Below are positions 13,488-27,181 of a stretch of DNA of 64,000 nucleotides, one piece after another; position 1 is the stretch's first letter, and each line of letters opens with the position of its first letter. The translations under genes were made by a program, and so were the position numbers. The notes below the pieces were generated by a model, which worked only from the letters and a program-made list of their open reading frames with translations, was not told where the DNA came from and did no database searches. The stretch spans positions 1-64,000 of the forward strand of contig MCFE01000276.1 in the NCBI GenBank assembly GCA_002104905.1. Reading direction: 5' to 3'. The stretch comes from Basidiobolus meristosporus CBS 931.73 (lineage: Eukaryota; Fungi; Basidiobolomycota).

Positions 13488-14964
13488 ATGTCCACCCTAA
13501 GTTTTCGTAGGAGAAATGTTGCCACTCCTTTCAACCTGCTAGTGGCAGGATTCTCAGGCTTGGGCAAGTCCACCTTTCTTCAAACGTTCTATCATTCTCT
13601 CAACCTCACCCGTGACTCTCGGTCTCTCGAGATGGACCTCGTGCCCATTACTAAAACCATCGGACTGACAACAAAGCGTGTTCTGGCCCAAGAGGATGGA
13701 GTGAAGTTTGCCATCACTTTGATTGACACTCCGGGCTTCATAGACGACTCCACTTTGGAGGAGCAGAGTAATTTTCTTCTAAGGTACATCGAGGGGCAGC
13801 TGGAACTAAAGCTTGCAGAGGTGAGTGCCCTAGCTGGCGGAGGCCAAGTCCTATGCCACCCCTAGAAGCCAACAGAGATACTGAATTTTCTTGTAGGAAT
13901 CCAAGCTGAAGCGTAATCCAAAGCCTAAGGAGGAGCAGGTCCACGCATGCCTATATTTTTTGTCACCTAGCGATACCGGTATATCGGATACAGATGCTTC
14001 CTTGATGAAGAAGCTTGGCAAAAGGGTCAACATCATCCCAGTGATTGGCAAGGCTGACACCCTGACCGTCTCTGGGTTGAAGCGTGCCAAAGAGGCCATC
14101 ATGCGGGATGTTGATCAGCAAAATATCCCGATCTTCAACTTCCCGGACCTGGAGGATGACGATGCGGAGCTAATAAAAGAAAATGCCGATCTCCGAGGAA
14201 TGCTGCCCTTCAGCTTGATTGCAAGCGATGAATTCCCGGAAAAAACTGATAAAGGCCCCGTATTTCTGGGTCGGAAATATCCGTGGGGGGTTGTGGACTG
14301 CTTGAACCCAGAGCACTGCGACTTTGCCCCATTAAAGAATCTACTGATCAACAGTCATCTGAGCTCACTCAAAGAAGTGACGTACACCATCCTTTATGAG
14401 CAGTACCGTACCAATAACCTACTTAAACGCATGAGCCTCAGCCCTCAACCGGAAAGCTCCCGCCACTCATCCCCCAAATCGCTTAACCAAGATACGAACA
14501 GTGAAGTGCATTCGTCCGAGAACGAGAAAGACCATCGCAATGACGATGAATCCTTCACAACAAATGAAGACTTCCACGATGCCCATGGAGATATTCTGGC
14601 CCACGCGGAGAAACAACAAAACACCGTCCCGAAACCCGATTCACTAGACTCGCAACAGGCTGACAAACTCCCAATCCTGCCAGCCATTGACTTAGATTCG
14701 GGATTGATCGCGTCCAATGCTGAGCATAAATCGAGCGATGCCAATCTCGAGAACCACACTGGTGAGGAAACTGGATTCTCCACACCACGAAGCAGCGATG
14801 AGGATATTCGGCAGAACTATCTGCAACGCACATGGGGTCATGCCTCTCAGCCCGCCCTCTCCCAGCCCACGTTGAAAAAGAAGCCGAGCGTGCGAACCAT
14901 CCAATTCGGAGGCAAGCAGAAAGAAAAGAAAGAAAAACGCCGGAGCACCAACTGTACCATGTAA
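13488..14964 (+). CDS. Septin (2 exons)
   Basis: G1 GFSGLGKST, G3 DTPG, VHACLYF, G4 IGKAD, GRKYPWG and HCDFAPLK. Intron 13821-13896 is phase 0. Confidence 0.93.
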
Positions 14965-16564
14965 GTGAGCATCCGTGGATCTGCCAAATCTGGCCTGCAG
15001 GCTAACCCCGATCGTTGATCTAGCGCATAAATCACCACCGCAACCGCAACCGCAACCACGAAAGCCATGTCGTCATTTTGTTATCACTTCTAACTATTAT
15101 TCTAATTAGTAATACAGCCAGACCCAGCTACTGATGGACCCATTGCTAACCCTTGTTTTGTTTTTCAATTAACCAACCTATTTTGCCGATTCTCAACACT
15201 GCTGGCGGGAAATCCTCAGCCCTAGCCCCCATCGAATCCAACTACTTCCTTGCCTTCTCTTCCCTCCTTTCCCTTCCCCTGCCTTCCCGCTCTTACTCAC
15301 CCCTCTACGCCATGGCTGTGGCGAGGGCGGGATTCCTGGGTGGGGCCTCTTTTTTGATCTATTTTACCCAATAAACCTAACGTGCAGGTGCGTTCCATGT
15401 GCACGAACGCTCCACCGTTCCCATGCCGGGATGCACACCATATGGTCTCGATTGGATATCCCTCACCCGAAGCGTCAACAACCTTCGCGGGGGATGGTGA
15501 CATGTACGGATCACCGCCTGTTATCTGACCGCGACCTCACAATGTGCCTGGGCAGCGAGTTCTTTGGCAAATGGATGGCGATCGAACCATTTGGGTGGCT
15601 CCAAATCGTGTGGATCGATCCAGGGTGGCAATACGCCTACAGCGAGTAAGTCCACGTCTCTTTGGTGTCTAAGCGTTTATTCATGCCAGATGTGGGCAGC
15701 GGGGGGCTCTCCCACCTTTGCTCCACCCGTAACTGGGGTAAGAACTGAACAAGGGGGACGGCTGAATCGGTCAGGTGGGCCATTGTCGGTCCGGTCGTAC
15801 GAGCAATGGCTATTGGTCGTCCCCCCTCAACCTGTGTACGGATCTGTGATTATGGATGATCGGATTTTCCCATAGCCAGGATCTGATCGATGCTTCCGCT
15901 CAACGCTAAGATGAGGTAATGATTGCCTACGTGTGGATTGCTGCTTATGGTGGTGCCGTGGAATCACTCCCCTTTCGATTTGCCGAGCGAAGCCACACAT
16001 TTGGATTGGGGAATTAGGCTAAATGTGAAATGTAGTGACGAGTCATGGGTTAGGGGGATATGCCGGTATGGCTCGCCACTGTTCGTTAAGTTGAAGAGAT
16101 GCAACCTGCCTATCCACACGGCCAGATTGGACACGGATGATGCGTGTGCTGTGCTAGTCGGATTAATATCATGATGAATGGTCTTTTCGAATAATTGGAT
16201 GTCCAGGGTTGGACGAAGTATATAAAAAATTTCAATGTAGCAGGGTGGGATAATGAAAAGATAGATGATGTTGGTGACGGTGAGGGGGAAGAAGGAGAGG
16301 GAGGGCAAGTTGCTGAGTTGCAACTGGCTCTCTATTTACCAAGTGAGATTATTGAAGATGTCGAACAATCGTGGGGACAGCATGGTGTTGCACATTACGC
16401 AGACACCGAGTTGGCGAAAGCGAAGTATGGGTGCGTGAAGCTATTGATACATAGACTAGAAGAGTTGAGCTCTCGATGGCCAAGAATCGAAGAAAATATA
16501 ATACTAGGTTGTGGATAGTTTGCTCTTTGCGTGTATACAGATATATGGGCTGCTCTTGCATGCT

Positions 16565-18468
16565 CTAGTTGACCATCTCTGGCTGCTTTTGCTTCCTTCT
16601 ACTTAGTAAAGTAGCGTTATTCATGTTCAATTCGAAGCCTGCTCGTTTACTTTCTTTCTTGGAGTCTATCGGTCGGCCTGTGTTCATCGGCATTGCCTGG
16701 TTCGATCTTCCGATGTTACGAGTGCGTGGCTGGTATGGATCTTTCGTCTGAGCACCCAGGGCTAAATTAATGGTGTTCATATCTTCCTCATATCCACCGC
16801 CATCCACGATGTCCATCAGTGCACGCTGGTGATAATAAGGCGCATACGGGGTGGCGATTCCCTGGGCTTTGTCGTATTGCTCCTGCATGGCTCGCATACG
16901 ACGCTTACCCGCCTCCTCGTCTTCCATTCGATGCATAGCGTAGGATACGTCGAAAGCTTCTTTGATCGAGACGTTAGGCGTTACTGGGATAGGATGGCGC
17001 TCTCTACGCACGTGGGTTCTGGGCGCCTCATTATATGGTGTACTGACATGCTCTTGCGTGGGGCGGTACATAGGAGCCACCTCCGGATGATAACCTGTGG
17101 GGGAAGTGGGCAAGTTGGATGCAATGGGCTGCGGGGTGATCTCGTTTACCGAAGGCTCGAACTGAACAGCCTTCTTGGCGCGGATCCAAGGATGTGCCAG
17201 CAATTGGTTGATGGTGTAGCGTCTCTCTGGGTTGATATCCAGTAGGTGAGAGACGAGGTCTTTGGCTGAGTCGGAGATGTCATCCCACCAGGGAGACAGA
17301 AAAGAGTAATATCCCCTGGCCACCTTCTCGGTTAGAACCTTGATGTCATCATCGTAGAATGGGGGAAATCCACAGAGCATGGTGTATAGCACACATCCTA
17401 GAGCCCACATGTCCACTGCTTTGCTGTAACCTTCATCTCTGACAATTTCGGGAGCAGTGTATCCCACTGTGCCGCATGGTGTCATCGTGTCCTTGTTCCA
17501 GATGACTTTGGACAGGCCAAAGTCGGCGATCTTGACGACTCCAATGCCACCACCACCTATACCCTCTATAAACTCCCCTTCATCGACCTTCTCTTCGTCA
17601 AAACGATCGACCGAGGTGGGTTTTTGGGGCGTCGACTTGAACGGAATCGGCTCAAATAACAGATTCTCGGGTTTGATGTCTCGATGGACCACCCCCTTCT
17701 CTTCGTGTAGATAGTGAATTCCATGGGCGACCTGGGTGATGACATGTCGGGCCAGGTCTTCACTGAAGTATGTCAGCTTCACAATCCTATGGAAGAGTTC
17801 TCCGCCAGTGAGCAACTCCAGCACCAAATAATAGAAATCCTTGGATTCCTTGAAATCCAGCAGCTTAGCGATGTTGGGGTGGTTCAATGTGCGCATGATG
17901 GTAACCTCCTTGAGGATATTGCCTCGCTACAATTCAGTTGCGTTTAGAATGCAAACGGGAACGGGAATGGATCGAGCGGTGTTCAGGTCTTACCTGCAGA
18001 GAGTTCAGTTCGAACTTTCGCACAACCTTGATGGCGATTAATTTTCTACGATACCGGTCGTAGGCCTTATAAACGTTACTAAATGCTCCACTAGAGAAAC
18101 GCAGAGAGGTTAGATACGCCGATAGAGCACTCTCCTATCAAAGATACCTACTCTCCAAGTTTGGTTAGAAGCTGGTATCTATCCAGGTTAGGGTAGACTG
18201 GAAGGTTAGGGTCGGCAGCATATTTGGGATGCTTAAATATGGTGTTCTGGTCCACGATGGCTTCAGGCTTGGCTTGGGCGAGGTGGACAGCCTTGTCGGC
18301 GCTGGACGGGTTGTTTGAGGAAGTAGGAGAGGGAGGGTCGGAATTAGGGACTTTGGAAGAAATGGGTTAGAGTTGACCAACAAGAACCACAGTCACCAGC
18401 GCAGACCGTGAAAATTTTTACTTACTGGAGGTAGCGGTTTTTAGGAAGTTTTTAATTTGTCTTATCAT
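16565..18468 (-). CDS. srk1: MAPK-activated CaMK-family Ser/Thr kinase, Srk1/Rck2-like (4 exons)
   Basis: N-terminus MIRQIKNFLK; spliced LGDGAFSNVYKA and IAIKVVRKFEL; HRDIKPENLL; glycine insert IGGGGIGVVKIADFGLSK; TPCGTVGYTAPE. Confidence 0.9.
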
Positions 18469-18985
18469 GGCGTTAGGGTTGCGACTAGATTAAATGTAGC
18501 TGATACTTGATGGCAGATTGAGGAAGAGTCGCAGCTAAAGCGAGATAAACCGTCTTAATGGATGCTGGTAAGTTGAACTGTAAGAAAGCGGGACGTAATA
18601 AAGAATAGTGAAATGGTTCACTGGAAGGCCAAGATATTTGTATTCAGGCAAGTGTAGGACAAGCTAGATCATTGGTCTGCCTCAGCGGGGGAACACGAAG
18701 CAAATTAATGAATGTAGTTAGATGAAACTTAAGGTAAAACTGAATCGGATTGGTAATATTGGAAGGGGAGAATAGTCAATAGATTGAATGATAAACATAA
18801 ACGCTTGTCAAATATAGACAATGGTTGTGCACATATGACGACACTAGCGCCCAAAGGGGGGCATTGTGATCGAAACTTGTGGGATTGACTTGCCTCAATT
18901 GGTCTTTCATTCATCATCCTTTTTTTCCTCCACTTGCACAGGCAGACGCATATTTACTGAGTACTCTTCCATTCAGCTAGCGAAA

Positions 18986-20725
18986 ATGAACACCTCCTCT
19001 TCACAAGCACTGACATCACTGATCGCTGATGATGAAGATGAACCACCGAATTAGACCGCATTCGACGGTGGCACTTATTAGTGCACAAGTGCGTAATGTC
19101 GCAACCAACAAAGCTTTCGAACGTAGCGATTATGTCGGCGCTGTGGTAAGAAGTCAGGGTGCAACCGCGGTATCCTTTCCTCAAGCACAGCGTGATGGAC
19201 AATCGGTTGCGTGAAGTATTGTAAGACTTGTCTGGCATGCCATTCATTATCGAAAATAGGGGCTGATACCAGATAGGCAACACCGGTTTTCCATCTCTCC
19301 TCCTCAGATGCCTAATCTCTCATCGGGATCACTCTCAGCCACTATTCACGCTCCTGAGCAGCCAGCCAGAGCTGCTGCATCTATTTGGCGCGATTCCGTG
19401 CATGCCATGCAACGATGCTAGTCCCCTTTGGCAAGCGTCTGTTCTCTCACTGGAGAGAACAAGACATCCCCAATCCTCAGGCTTCCCTAGCGAAGAAGCG
19501 TCTCATTCCCAACTCGAATGACGTAATCCCATGTCTGGGTTTGAATGAGGTTTGGCTGACCTTTCCAAATGGGGTTTCAGTGGGCTTCGCCATCGTGCCA
19601 TGGAAACTACCTCAACATGAGCATTGGACACACGAAACACCTATCCTCATTGAAGATCACCTGCGAATGACTGGAAATTCATTTATTGCAACCAAAGCGG
19701 TACCTTCTCTGGACATCATCAGAGCTGTAGAAGGTAGCAACCGCATTGCATCATACCCACCATTGGGTTCACAACTCCAACTAGACAGCTGTCTAGGTTG
19801 ATTTCCGAGATCGCATGCTGAGCCGGCCCAACGAGCCAATCACCCAGCGTGGCTGCCCACACCGCCCGCCAATACAAACCTAACCCAGTAAGTAATCATG
19901 CTATCACTCGTGTCGCTTGTTGCTCCACGTGAATTCCGAGACTAGTCACAGATGGGTGGCCAGCCAGCTATGATGGGCCACAGACTCACCCATGAAGTTC
20001 GTGTATGGCCATCATCCTAACGTAATCGTTAGGTCATGGTGACCGAGGACGCTTTCAGGGACGTCGCGCACTTCCTTGCAGATGCAAGTCAACGAGAACT
20101 CCAGCTTGAGCGAGTGTGCGGTCACCCCACAGAGGAGTCAACACGAACTCTCCTGGCGAATTCAATTCAAACCTTCCGATCCTACATCAAGAATGACCTA
20201 ATGAATCCTGCGCTCTACTGATGCATGACCAAATAACGGAGTCATCCATCTACTTGTGGGCTAGGTGGTGCATGGCAAATGGTGGCACAAGATTGACGAT
20301 GATTTATTGGAATCCCATGCGGGATACCGAATCCAGCCAAGCTGAGATCAAGTCGATTCCATTTGGGTCCCATGAATCCACCCTCCCACTATGGCATCTC
20401 AACCCAACACAGACACGGGATATAGGATATGGGAGCGCTCAGTCTTTTCTGGCGTCACCTTCACTAGACCACCCGCTGGTCGCATTGGGTTGCTCCGTTT
20501 TCCCTGACCCTTTCGCCTGCTCTTGTGGGCCATAGGGTACTGCCCAAGGCCCTAGCTGCTGACTCGATACCTCTTCCATTCGCCGTGGCCAGAGTAATGG
20601 GAAAAGCCCAAATCGAATTCCACCCTGAAATCGCCAACGTCAAGGGATTGCTCAATGGGAGCCTGAACGATCAGAACATTGGTGTGCGCCGCTCCCTGTT
20701 TCATAGGCATACTGACCACGGGTGA
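18986..20725 (+). pseudogene. Probable degenerate spliced gene of unrecognised family
   Basis: Three canonical introns (19221-19272, 19523-19580, 19888-19951) link one continuous frame interrupted by TGA codons. Frameshifts appear near both ends. The exon model is hypothetical. Confidence 0.3.
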
Positions 20726-21401
20726 ATCGGCACCAATGCCAGCTACTGCTGCTCATTGCACCGGAAAGTAAGACAGATGCGAATTTAACCCTAACCCTAA
20801 GGATCCAACGGATCTGCATACGACACCGCACCGCCTAGCCGATGAGCGCATCCAGCGTAAAGCTGGTCCTGAGAAGTGCTCTGAAACACGGATGGGCTTA
20901 TTTGACCGAGCAATGCACTCTACGGGTTGATGGCTAACCTGATACCTCACTGTCAACAGAAGCCCTACTGCACACGCTAGCTGAAAGTAACTTCACCATC
21001 CCCGACGATCCGACCACCGTTTCTCTGAAGCCTATTCCTGATCATCCGGATAGCCTTGCCATGTATAGCTCAAAAGTGGAACTAGATCCAGTGGCGGCGC
21101 TAGGAAGATCTTTCGCTAGCCCAACCTCTTTGATGCGGCACTGCCTGCGCAATGCAGCCAACCAAACCCACCCCTCGACACCCACACAAAGCATTCTTGC
21201 ACACCCATGTCGGGCCCATATCCTATCGTTTGGGAAAAGGAAGCCTCGCTGCTATTTATAGGGTTTGTATGTTCGGTACATTGAGTGGCCAGTGTAATAT
21301 AATTTGAGGGATTAATGGTACGACGCAAGTGAGAAGAGAACGGATTGATTCGGGATCGTGGATGAGAGGTCGATAGAGCTGGATTCGTGATCATGAAGGT
21401 A

Positions 21402-22700
21402 TTATAGATCGCCTTGCTTGAAGTTGCTAATAAGTACAGGTGAGCATTCCAAGCGAACCTTTTCTACAATCAATTGAACTTCCGTGGTTGTGCTCTTGTG
21501 CGCCTGTTCTGTGGTCAGTTCCTCTAGTAGACATACAATATCCTGGGCCTTGTGAAGAATATCTGGATACTGGGTGTTGCACACCAAGGGTGGCAGCACT
21601 TCGAGATATGCCCGTCGTAGCTCCGCTTCCTCGTCCGGTAGGTCATATAGCTCTCTAATGATCACGTCCACCAAAACACGTAGGTCGTTCGTGTAGAAAT
21701 AATCGTAGGTCACATCATTTGTAAACAGCGCGTACAGGAACTTCAGAATCAGCAGTTGAATGGCAGGCTTGGCTCCACGATTCATCATAAATAGCAGGTT
21801 CTCCCCGAAAGATTTGCTCGTTTCGCTTCTGTCGCCTAATACTTTGATAACCATGTTTTCTACCCCCTGACGCTCGCCAGTAAACTGTGCGTTGATGGCC
21901 AGGATCAGCTGAATACCCATATAATTTAACGTTTCGTCTCCACATTGAGTCTCTTCGACGATATCAAGCAACTTGTTGATCAAGGGCTCTCTCAATAACT
22001 TGAGGTCTGCGCTGGCGAGTAGGTTGCTTTGGCATAATTCGCATAGCAGAAGCATAGTAGAAAAGAGATGACCATCCTCATTGTCTAGACGCGATCCCAA
22101 TGCTTCAGTACTAGTAAAAGAATGAGGGGTTTTGATAACCACCGCCTACCTTTGTTGAGCAAGTCTTGAACCAATTCGGAGATCATCCCGCGCTCCAGCA
22201 TCACGTCCAAAGAAAAAGGATAGCTCTCTCCAGCGAAGTATAAAACACTATTCAGCATGTTGGGGTTGCGCGATGACTGAGAAGTAAAATGTTAGGCGAC
22301 ACTTGGTATTGGAAATACATCCAAACGGACTCACCTTTAAGGTTTCGTCGATGATATACTCGACGGCATCATGCTGGTTTCTTTCAAATAACGCCGACTC
22401 GACTAGAGCGCAGCAGATTGTGGCTAATGCTTCGGCACGGACGATCGATTCTGAAATAGTATCAAGGTCAGCCAAGTCAAGACTGGTTGGTGCTCACAGG
22501 TTCCTACCAAAATTCTGTTCGACAATATCGAAGTAGGCTTCCAAAGCGCTGACAATATTTGACTGCAGCAGGTCTTGATTTAGGATAGAGTCCAGCTCTA
22601 GTAAGAATTGATCAAGCTGTTAACACTAGCGGTGCTATAAATACCACCATGACCCAACAAAACAAATATTCGGGTGCTGATGCTAGAGAGAAATTACCAT
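21402..22700 (-). CDS. LDB17: Ldb17/Dip1/SPIN90 (DUF2013) Arp2/3 activator, about 5 exons
   Basis: SKSFGENLLFMMNR, ILKFLYALFT and YFYTNDLRVLVDVIIRELYDL. Upstream exons join by GT-AG introns; the start ATG at 22700-22698 is tentative. Confidence 0.85.
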
Positions 22701-24765
22701 CGAAATAAGATAGCGCCTGTTCTTGTTCCTCTGAATACAGCATAGCAATATGCAACGGCGTGTATGAAAAGATATCTAGGGATTGCTTCTAAGAAGTAGT
22801 GTGTTGGGCAAGAGAGACGAGAAGCGATGGTACGCCAAATAGCAAAACAAGGTTTTTGGACTTAAATGGGCTATAGATAATCAAGGTATAGCTTAAATAG
22901 GACTGGGGCCCAATTAGCCGAAGATTTCCGCGATTGTTTCTCTGTAGAAGTCCTCAGATTGAATGGATATTTTAAGGCCATAGGATATTAATAAAATATA
23001 GATTAAGATCAATAGGGAAATGCCGTTTAATCCAGATCACCCCAATTTGCAAACCACATAACATTAACCCTCCTAGCTGCTGACCAATCAGCCACCGTGG
23101 AATCCAGGTTGAATCTTCACATGAGTCACTCTCAGGATTTGGTGGATTCGAAACTCTAAATAGAGTCAAACCAATAGTAGGCAGAAGTGAATGCGAAATC
23201 CGAGGAAATTCAGCGATGTTTCTCTGGTGGGATACGAGAGATCCTTGCACCCACACTACAGAAATGGAAGGAGTGCTTGGAAACCACTCCACGAACAGAT
23301 GTGCATTGGTTACACGCAGCAATTGGAATCTTTCCTTGTGACCTCGATCTAATTCTAATCAATCGGGGGAATTTCCATGTACTCGTGACACACGTTTGAT
23401 TTGGGCAAGAATCAAATGAATAGCGAATATTTGGCCGACATGCTGGTTTGTGATGCGTTGATTTACAATCAGCATGAGCCACATAAATTGTCAACTCAGA
23501 AAGGGGTAGTACAATGGCATTACATGCAAGTGCGTTTCCCAGTGGACTTGGAGTGAGGCCACCTCTGAAAGGTTGCGCGGCCTTGCTACGATGGGCAGGC
23601 TAGAATCTTGAGACGTACCGCTGATATGGGCATCTCCAAAACACCGACGTGGACTGCAGTCCACTTTGGCCACGACGGTCTACGAAGCCCGCGTCTCTAT
23701 GAGGATTGAACGAATGTTAGTGGGCGATTTACTGTGCGCCATGAGCTTGCATGATAGTAGTCAAGCCATCTGCGTAGCTTCGGCAAACGGCTGCTGGGTG
23801 GATTCCTGACTCTTGAATCCCATGTTTCCCGGTCGCCCAACAATTGACCATTTCAATGGATCTATCGTGCGTCCGGACGATCACTTAAGGGCTGCAGTGA
23901 ACTGCACCAGATGTGTAGGTAACTCGGTTTGGCCGACATCTGTTTCATCCAGATGCCTTGAGTGGTCTTGGCTGCTCAAGGTTAGCCCGATGAGAAGCGC
24001 TTGGATTATACAATCAATCGATGCTCGCTTCCCTGGCGCAGACGGTGGTTTACCCCAAGTTGCTCAGCAAATACACTTGTCCGTTGAATCCAGGTTGGGC
24101 AGGAGAGGAGCTGCGGAGACGGCCTTGCCGTTGAGGCTTGTGTGTGCCCAGCGGGATTCATCCCTTTAGACATCGCAAGACTGTGGTGATTATGGGTGTA
24201 GCGGGCATTCAAGGGCTAGGAGTCTCAGAGCAGTGTTGAATCCCTCAACCCGTTTAGCTCCTGGTGGATGCGTGAGCCAATGGGGAAGGCCCGATAATGG
24301 CGGGGAATGTTGATACAAATTTCTACCGAAATGAAAATGCACACACCTGCGTGGTGGAATTGCTTGTGGAAAACAGAGTAATGCCATTCAATGGATAGAC
24401 TGTAGTTTAGCCAGAAATAGGAGAATTCCACAAGTGGGGTTTGCCCTCATTCCTTTCAGCCTGCCATGATTGAGGATGACAGGACAGGTGAATTAAATTC
24501 CTAGCTGCATACGCTCACCTCGGTTTATTATACTTGATGTGGCATCTGGTAAACCTCCTGTGCATGCTACCCACATCCTTCTCTGTATTTTTCTTTTCAT
24601 TTCCTCCCACACCCCCTTCATTATTGTGGTGCCGATTGTCCGACGGAGCGGCAAATCTTTTTCTTATAAACAAATACCTGCCTGCTCTGCTACCCCCACC
24701 AATATTCTCTCTTTTTCAGGCAACCGCTACATCCCATTCATCACCACTTCCCGAATTTGCCGGAA

Positions 24766-26429
24766 ATGCACAACGATATGCTGGAAGCAAAAGTGGTTAT
24801 CTTAGGAAGTCAAGGTAACATTCCCCAACCGTTCCTCCTTTTCTTGGCTGGGCCTACCCCTCACACACCCTACCATGTCAGCCGATGGCTCCCTCTAACT
24901 TGCTCGAATCATGCCGTCTCTCACACCGATCATGCCCCTTCGATCAATCTTCTGCCTACCTTGCTAACCCTGTCTAATGTTTACGACTTAGCCGTGGGAA
25001 AGACATCTCTTGTTGTTCGCTATGTTCAAAAGATGTTTTCGCCAAACTGCCCCTCGACCATTGGTGCCTCCTTCATGACAACTAAACTGTAAGTAAGAGC
25101 GAGAGTAGCCCAGAAAGATAGCAAGGGTGAGGTGCCCTTTTGTATTCTCACAGTGACTGTGATATCTCTGCCCTTTATGTGGTCGTCAATCCCCTTCTTC
25201 TCTAAGCGGGTTGGAAGTACAGAAAGAGAGCGGGTGGGTGAGGGTGAGATGAGAGTAATTTATGGAATAGATAGAGTGAGGAGATTCCAAAGGTAGGTGG
25301 GACTCTTAAGAGTCGGGGGTAAACATGCAAGGCTACAGAAAGGGTAGAGTATCCATGCTGTTTGCGCAAACATAATACGACCTGCCAATTCCTTGCCTTT
25401 AACATCGGACACCTTTAGAGTCGTGGACAACTGTAAGGTCAGATTGCAGATATGGGACACCGCTGGCCAGGAACGATTTCGTTCGATGGTAAGTACATCC
25501 ACAAGAACATCTTCATCGCGCATCCTGCATTGTTTGGCTACCAGAAGCTGGATATCTGCGCTCGGAGGCCACGGATGTTCGAGCGAACCACACTCCATAC
25601 AGTATCCCGATCATGCCATTAATCATTTGTTTCCCACAGGCGCCCATGTACTATAGAGGGGTAGGGGCAATTTGCACTTGGCGTCGGATCGTTCCTTATT
25701 GCTAAATGATTCTCCCAAGGCAAACGCGGCGATTATCGTGTACGACATCACCAACCGAAAAAGTTTCGATGAGATAGGAACATGGTTGCAAGGTTAGGGA
25801 TGTTTACAACTACATGTGAGAGTGGTTCCCAATAGCCTCGAAAGTGGAGGTGGTCCCGAAAGGATTTGCACTCTCCTCGACTCCGCCACAAAAGATATGT
25901 GCTTGCGCGAGCTGGATGGTTGGAGGGAACACCCAGTGGTGTAGTTTGCTGCCACAAACAGAGTGTTAACCGCGGTTTTTTGTTACTGGTAGAGTTGGGC
26001 AGAAATATGGCTGAAGATCTAAGTGAGTAGTTTCAGCTGTTAAGAGCTTGTTATTCCAGTTCACTGAGCCTCAATGTGTTCAGTCATTCATATCGTTGGT
26101 AGTAAGTTTGACTTGGCCAACACTCGACGAGAGGTTTCACCAGGCGAGGTGACGGATTTCCTGGAGAAAGTTGTGGGGGCTGGATACACCGTTCACGAAG
26201 TATCTGCCAAGGAGAACGAAGGTGAGAAGTGCAGGCTCTCATTATCTGGTCGCTCAGACAGAACAGCTAACTTTGAGGTGTAGGAGTTGACGAAGTGTTC
26301 ATACAAATAGCCCGTCAACTCGTAGAGAATAAGTTCGAGCTAGAGAGGGCGAGACAGTACAAGACGGACGGAAGTATCTACTTGAACGACGAGGACCAGG
26401 AAACAGCCAAGAGCCGATGCTGTAACTGA
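24766..26429 (+). CDS. Rab5/Rab21/22-related small GTPase (8 exons)
   Basis: Spliced G1 GSQAVGKT, effector TIGASF, G3 WDTAGQERF, APMYYRGANAA, G4 GSKFD, G5 SAK; C-terminal CCN prenylation motif. Confidence 0.92.
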
Positions 26430-26844
26430 AGCACTCTAGGCTTCGTGGCTATATGCGTGCGTTGATCTTGAACAATGCTATTTGAAGGATTTTGCGTAGC
26501 TGTTCGCCATGCACCAATCACATCAAGATCTGAGTGGCTACTGTGTAAATAACTGTTAGATAGTGATCCTTCATTTGCTCAGCTTGTACAACGGTTCAGT
26601 CATAACATTGTGTTTAATCTTCTACCCTAGAGGGCTTTGTATATCTATGGATATAAACGCTTTATTAAATCTGTCGCTTAACCAACCGCACCATGTACAT
26701 GAATTCGCGAAAGTTGAATGCTTGCTGAGGAAGCAACGAAGATCGATATAATATATGTAAGTACGCACGTGGTAGAGGATGGAGTGCCTCTACTCGACTA
26801 TATGCAGGAAGACGGGTATTCTTGAACTGTATGGCGGTGGAGGC

Positions 26845-27181
26845 CTACTCGTTCATCCTTTTCTTCAGCTGCTCGGCCAGTTTGGTTTCGTCCACTGCAT
26901 GCATCAGGATCTCTTCTCCATTCAAATGCACCACCGGTATATCAAACGTGTATTTTTCCCAGCGTTTTTTGTGTTCGGGTTGGTGAATGTCCACCTCCTG
27001 GAATTCGAAGGGAATCTAGAAGGCAAGTTCGAGTGAGCTACGCTGAGACCTGGGGGAACATAGAGTCGCTAAGCCCGGCACTTACCGCCCTTCTGACGTT
27101 TAGAATGGATTCCTTGGCCTCGTGACAGAGGCCACACCCCTTGGAGCCGAAAAGTGTCAGAAGCAGGCGTTTGGAGGACAT
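26845..27181 (-). CDS. Glutaredoxin-like DUF836 protein (2 exons, ~88 aa)
   Basis: LTLFGSKGCGLCHEAK, then after a GTAAGT..TAG intron IPFEFQEVDI...YTFDIPVVHLNG. Confidence 0.87.

Noticed and set aside
15035-15060. (ACCGCA)n microsatellite
   Set aside because: Three to four units in a 3' UTR/intergenic position; no wider structure.
20784-20799. TAACCCTAACCCTAA telomere-like repeat
   Set aside because: Only about two and a half units; expected by chance.
22900-24500. ORFs between LDB17 and the Rab gene
   Set aside because: No family similarity; probably divergent promoter/UTR sequence.
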